Below are positions 60,801 to 64,000 of a DNA stretch of 64,000 nucleotides, piece by piece. Every line of letters starts with the position of its first letter. Positions within the stretch are counted from its first letter, which is position 1. The notes below the pieces were generated by a model. The model did no database searches, was not told the origin of the DNA, and worked only from the letters and a program-made list of their open reading frames with translations. A program made the translations under genes and the position numbers. The stretch spans positions 6,448,001 through 6,512,000 of the forward strand of contig JBHGNT010000012.1 of the NCBI GenBank assembly GCA_043228905.1, read 5' to 3'. This stretch comes from Azolla caroliniana (taxonomy: Eukaryota; Plantae; Polypodiophyta).

Positions 60801-63800
60801 TTCTGTAATTTTTCGAAGAGGTTGTTGGGACCCGAGCGATGGTGTGTTGTGGCGATCATAGACAGGGATGATTCGAGAAGATGGAAAGGGAAGATGTCTG
60901 ATCATATTCGCCTTGATCCTCCCATGGTGATGAAGTATTGTGGACGGATTGATTTTCCGATGTGAGTTTCTGAGTTCTATAGTTGTTTTCTTGACGCAAA
61001 GGGGAAGATTTTGGAGTGCGGGATAAACTAGATGGGGTACCCAAGTGTGTGGAGCTATACTCAGCATTAGAGAATGGATAATGTGATGGTGCTGTCAAGG
61101 TGAAGGAGACCGAGGATGGTGTAGGAACAAAGCTAATGAGACCCTGGTGTATATCATCTGAGCATTGTTCGTCGCGGTGTAACAACCTGGTTGTGTTATT
61201 ATTTTCTGTGATTGGTGAAGATGTTGTAGGACAGTTGTGTTCTTGAAGGATTTTATCTTCATTAAAGGGGATGCTTCTACTGAAAAAGAATGTGTTTTGT
61301 TCTAGGTCATATAGGCGGTAGGCCTTATAACCATGAGCATCGCCATAGCCAACGAAAACGACTTTCTTAGCGTTTGGATCAAGTTTCATTCTTTTTGTAT
61401 CTGATATGTGAGCAAATGTAGGACAACCAAATATTCTCAAATTTTGGGGATGAGGTTTATGTCCATACAAGAGTTCAAATGGAGTAAGGAAGCCTTGGGA
61501 GTGCTGGTAGATTCGATTATGAATGTAGCGGGTTGTTGCAATGGCTTCTTCCCAGAATTTCGATTCTAGAGCATGTAACATGTTGCGAGCAACATTTAAC
61601 AAACTTCTGTTTTTCCTCTCTACTATGCCGTTTTGTTGGGGTGTGTGTGGGACAGACCTTCGATGGTGGATTCCTTGCGATTTGCAGAAACTTATGAAGT
61701 CTTTTGAGTGATATTCCCCTCCTCCATCAGTTTGTAAGAATTGAAGTTTTTGGTTAGTTAGATTTTCAGCAAGAGAAAGATATTTCTTAAATGTAGATAG
61801 AGCTTGATTTTTAGCTTTTAGAAAGGTAATAACGGTGAATTTACTATAGTCATCGGTAAAACTTATGAAGTGTACTGATCCACTAATTGATTTTGTAGGA
61901 AAGGGGCCACAGAGATCACTGTGGACAAGTTGCAGTGCTCTACTGCTTGTGGTTTGGTGGAGTGGAAAAGTATGTTAGGGCGTTTTTCCAAGGATGCACC
62001 CTTCGCAGATTTTCAGGTTTGTGAGATGGGCTTTTGGAAGGCCTAGTGCCAAGTTATGAAGTTGCATATTTTTAATGGCTTGTAGATGAGTGTGTGTGAG
62101 TCGATGGTGCCACATATTTGTTAGAGTAGAGTGTTCGTTTGTTGATGTATAATGTGCTTCTAATGTAATGGTTTTGGGTGTGCATAGGATGCAATAGAGT
62201 CCTTCATCTAGGTGTTTACTGATGTATTTAGTTGTTTGTCCATCCAGGGTTTTATGCCTAATTTGTGCATATGTTTCTTCGAACTATATTTTTGGTTGCT
62301 TGACAAACTGATAATAAGTTTTTCGTGATTCCATGAACAAAATAAACATTGTCTACTTTGAGAAGTTGATTGTCTTCTAGAAAAATGTTTGCTTACCCCT
62401 TTCCTAAAGCATTTAGCCTACCATTATTACCAAACACGATGGGGATTGGTACTGGTAAGGGGTTATAATTTTTGATGGATTGTCTATTATTTGTCATGTG
62501 ACGTGTGGCACCGTTATCAAAGTACCTGGTGTTGTCTGATTTCTGTTTTGTATTGATTCTTGCATTTAAAGCGTCTACAATAAAGGCTTGCATGAGGTCA
62601 TCATAACCGTCATCAATCTTTTCCTCGTTTGTTTCAGTTGGGTATGACTCATCTTCTGAGATTTCTTCAGCTATGTGGGCTTCTACTCGAGATCTAGGTC
62701 TCTGATATGTTTGGTATGGTTGTTTAATTTTGGTTTTTCTAAACCTACATTGATTGTTGGTATGTCCGGATTTCTTGCAAATAGTGCAGAAAATTTGTGA
62801 GAACTTGAGGCCTCCAGTTTTTTATCTAGAATTTCTGGGTAGTTTCTAGGCTTGTATTCCATTCTTTGATTTTGATAGGGTTGTTTGCTACGATATGCTA
62901 TCGTCATTAATGTGTGTTTTGTTTGTTCCGGCCGGCGTGCCTTTTTCATTGCCTCTTCTTGTCTTATACAATTTATGAGGTCAATGAGAGTTGTGTTTGT
63001 GTTGAAATTTTGGGTGGTCACAAAAGTGCTCCATGATGGTTGCAATGCACCTAATAGCAGGAGTCTTTGCAACTTTGATTCTATTTCGACGCCAGACGTA
63101 AGACATTCATCTAGTTTTCGTTTCCATGCACACATATCATCTTCTTCTTGCATCTTTAAAATTACTAATGAGTTTAGAGTCATGACCTGATTTCCGTCTA
63201 TAGTTGGTTCGAATTCATTTTTCAAGTCGATCCACATGGCATTTGTAGTGCACCAATCTCTAATCGCATCGGCTTGCTGGTCTTCCAAATTCGACGTGAT
63301 TTCTCGCTTTTGTGCTAGATCTTTCTCTTCCCATGCAGGGTAGTTTGGGTCTGACGTGTTGAGTTGTATCTCTATGCCCCCAACTACTACCCATAGCTTC
63401 ATTTGTTTGACAAGGAGCGTCATTTTGCTACTCCAGACTCTATAATTTGTGTTATTAAATTTGCTTATTGTTGTTTTTCTATATAGGAAGTTTTGGGATA
63501 AGGGTGTTGCATGAGCCATTGCTATGAAAGATTATTTGTTCAAAAAAAGTAGGAGTGTGCAGGTCTTAGAAAGGGTAAAAGGTTCTGGCCTATCCTGTGA
63601 TTTATTTGTTTCTGTGCAGAAAGTTTGATTTACGGGCCGTTTTCTGAGTTTCTATGATTTGTTGTTTCAGTGCAAATTCCAGAAAGTTTGATCTACAAGT
63701 CATTCTCAGATTATTCTATGGTAGAATAGGGAACCTGCTCTGATAACATGTAGAACTTCAAAAACAGGGAGATAGAGAGAGAAAGATGAATTTGATTGGT

Positions 63801-64000
63801 TTAGAATGGTTATGGCTCTTCTCTACGAATGTGTGTTGTTGTTCTTATAAGACAAATGTGCCCTTTTGTTTACAACAATGTAACTATTCATATGACTCTT
63901 CATATAACGAGTCATATAATTGTTTTATTTATTTATTTAATTTGTACAATTTTAATTATATTTTCTAACATGGCGATCTCTGATGCGCCAATCCAACCAT

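Larger units (their letters stand above)
53497..63970 (-). mobile_element. Full-length degenerate Ty1/copia element J with short LTRs; 3' LTR split by element I
   Basis: 5' LTR 63749-63970; 3' LTR 53497-53633 + 58652-58778; perfect TSD TGGCG; PBS TGTTATCAGAGC; PPT at 58779-58785; gag, YFDNGATRHM protease, IN, RT, RH fragments at 58836-63519. Confidence 0.92.

Noticed and set aside
53491-64000. ATG GCG|ATC TCT.. start codon apparently split by element J
   Set aside because: Only 30 bp are visible beyond the element; no evidence for a gene

Overview
Eukaryotic land-plant DNA (TE-rich, large-genome plant; a fern-like source is my inference from the retroelement types, not something the sequence proves). 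The only host gene is at the left edge: the 5' ~690 codons of a ZnF-UBP ubiquitin-specific protease (UBP1/UBP2, USP16/45-like) on the minus strand, running off the window and therefore missed by the ORF track. The remaining ~60 kb is a nested transposon field. It holds: a TIR-bounded Mutator-like element with a Ulp1/C48 protease remnant inside a (TATG)n microsatellite; a young L1-type LINE with an intact 1448-aa ORF2; an older LINE split by a stack of Ty1/copia elements; at least 8 copia copies; several Ty3/gypsy pieces; and 5 solo LTRs. Main surprises: (1) a textbook minimal type-I hammerhead ribozyme (4976-5034, minus strand) just downstream of a TATA box in an ORF-less ~0.8 kb insert, a Penelope-like/retrozyme signature; (2) four insertions of TGTC...GACA-ended LTRs that all make 4-bp, CpG-centred (NCGT) target-site duplications, whereas the copia elements here make 5-bp TSDs with no such motif; (3) two copies of a copia family that share one deletion removing all of RT and nearly all of RNase H while keeping gag-PR-IN. 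Coordinates were read by eye and may be off by a few bases.
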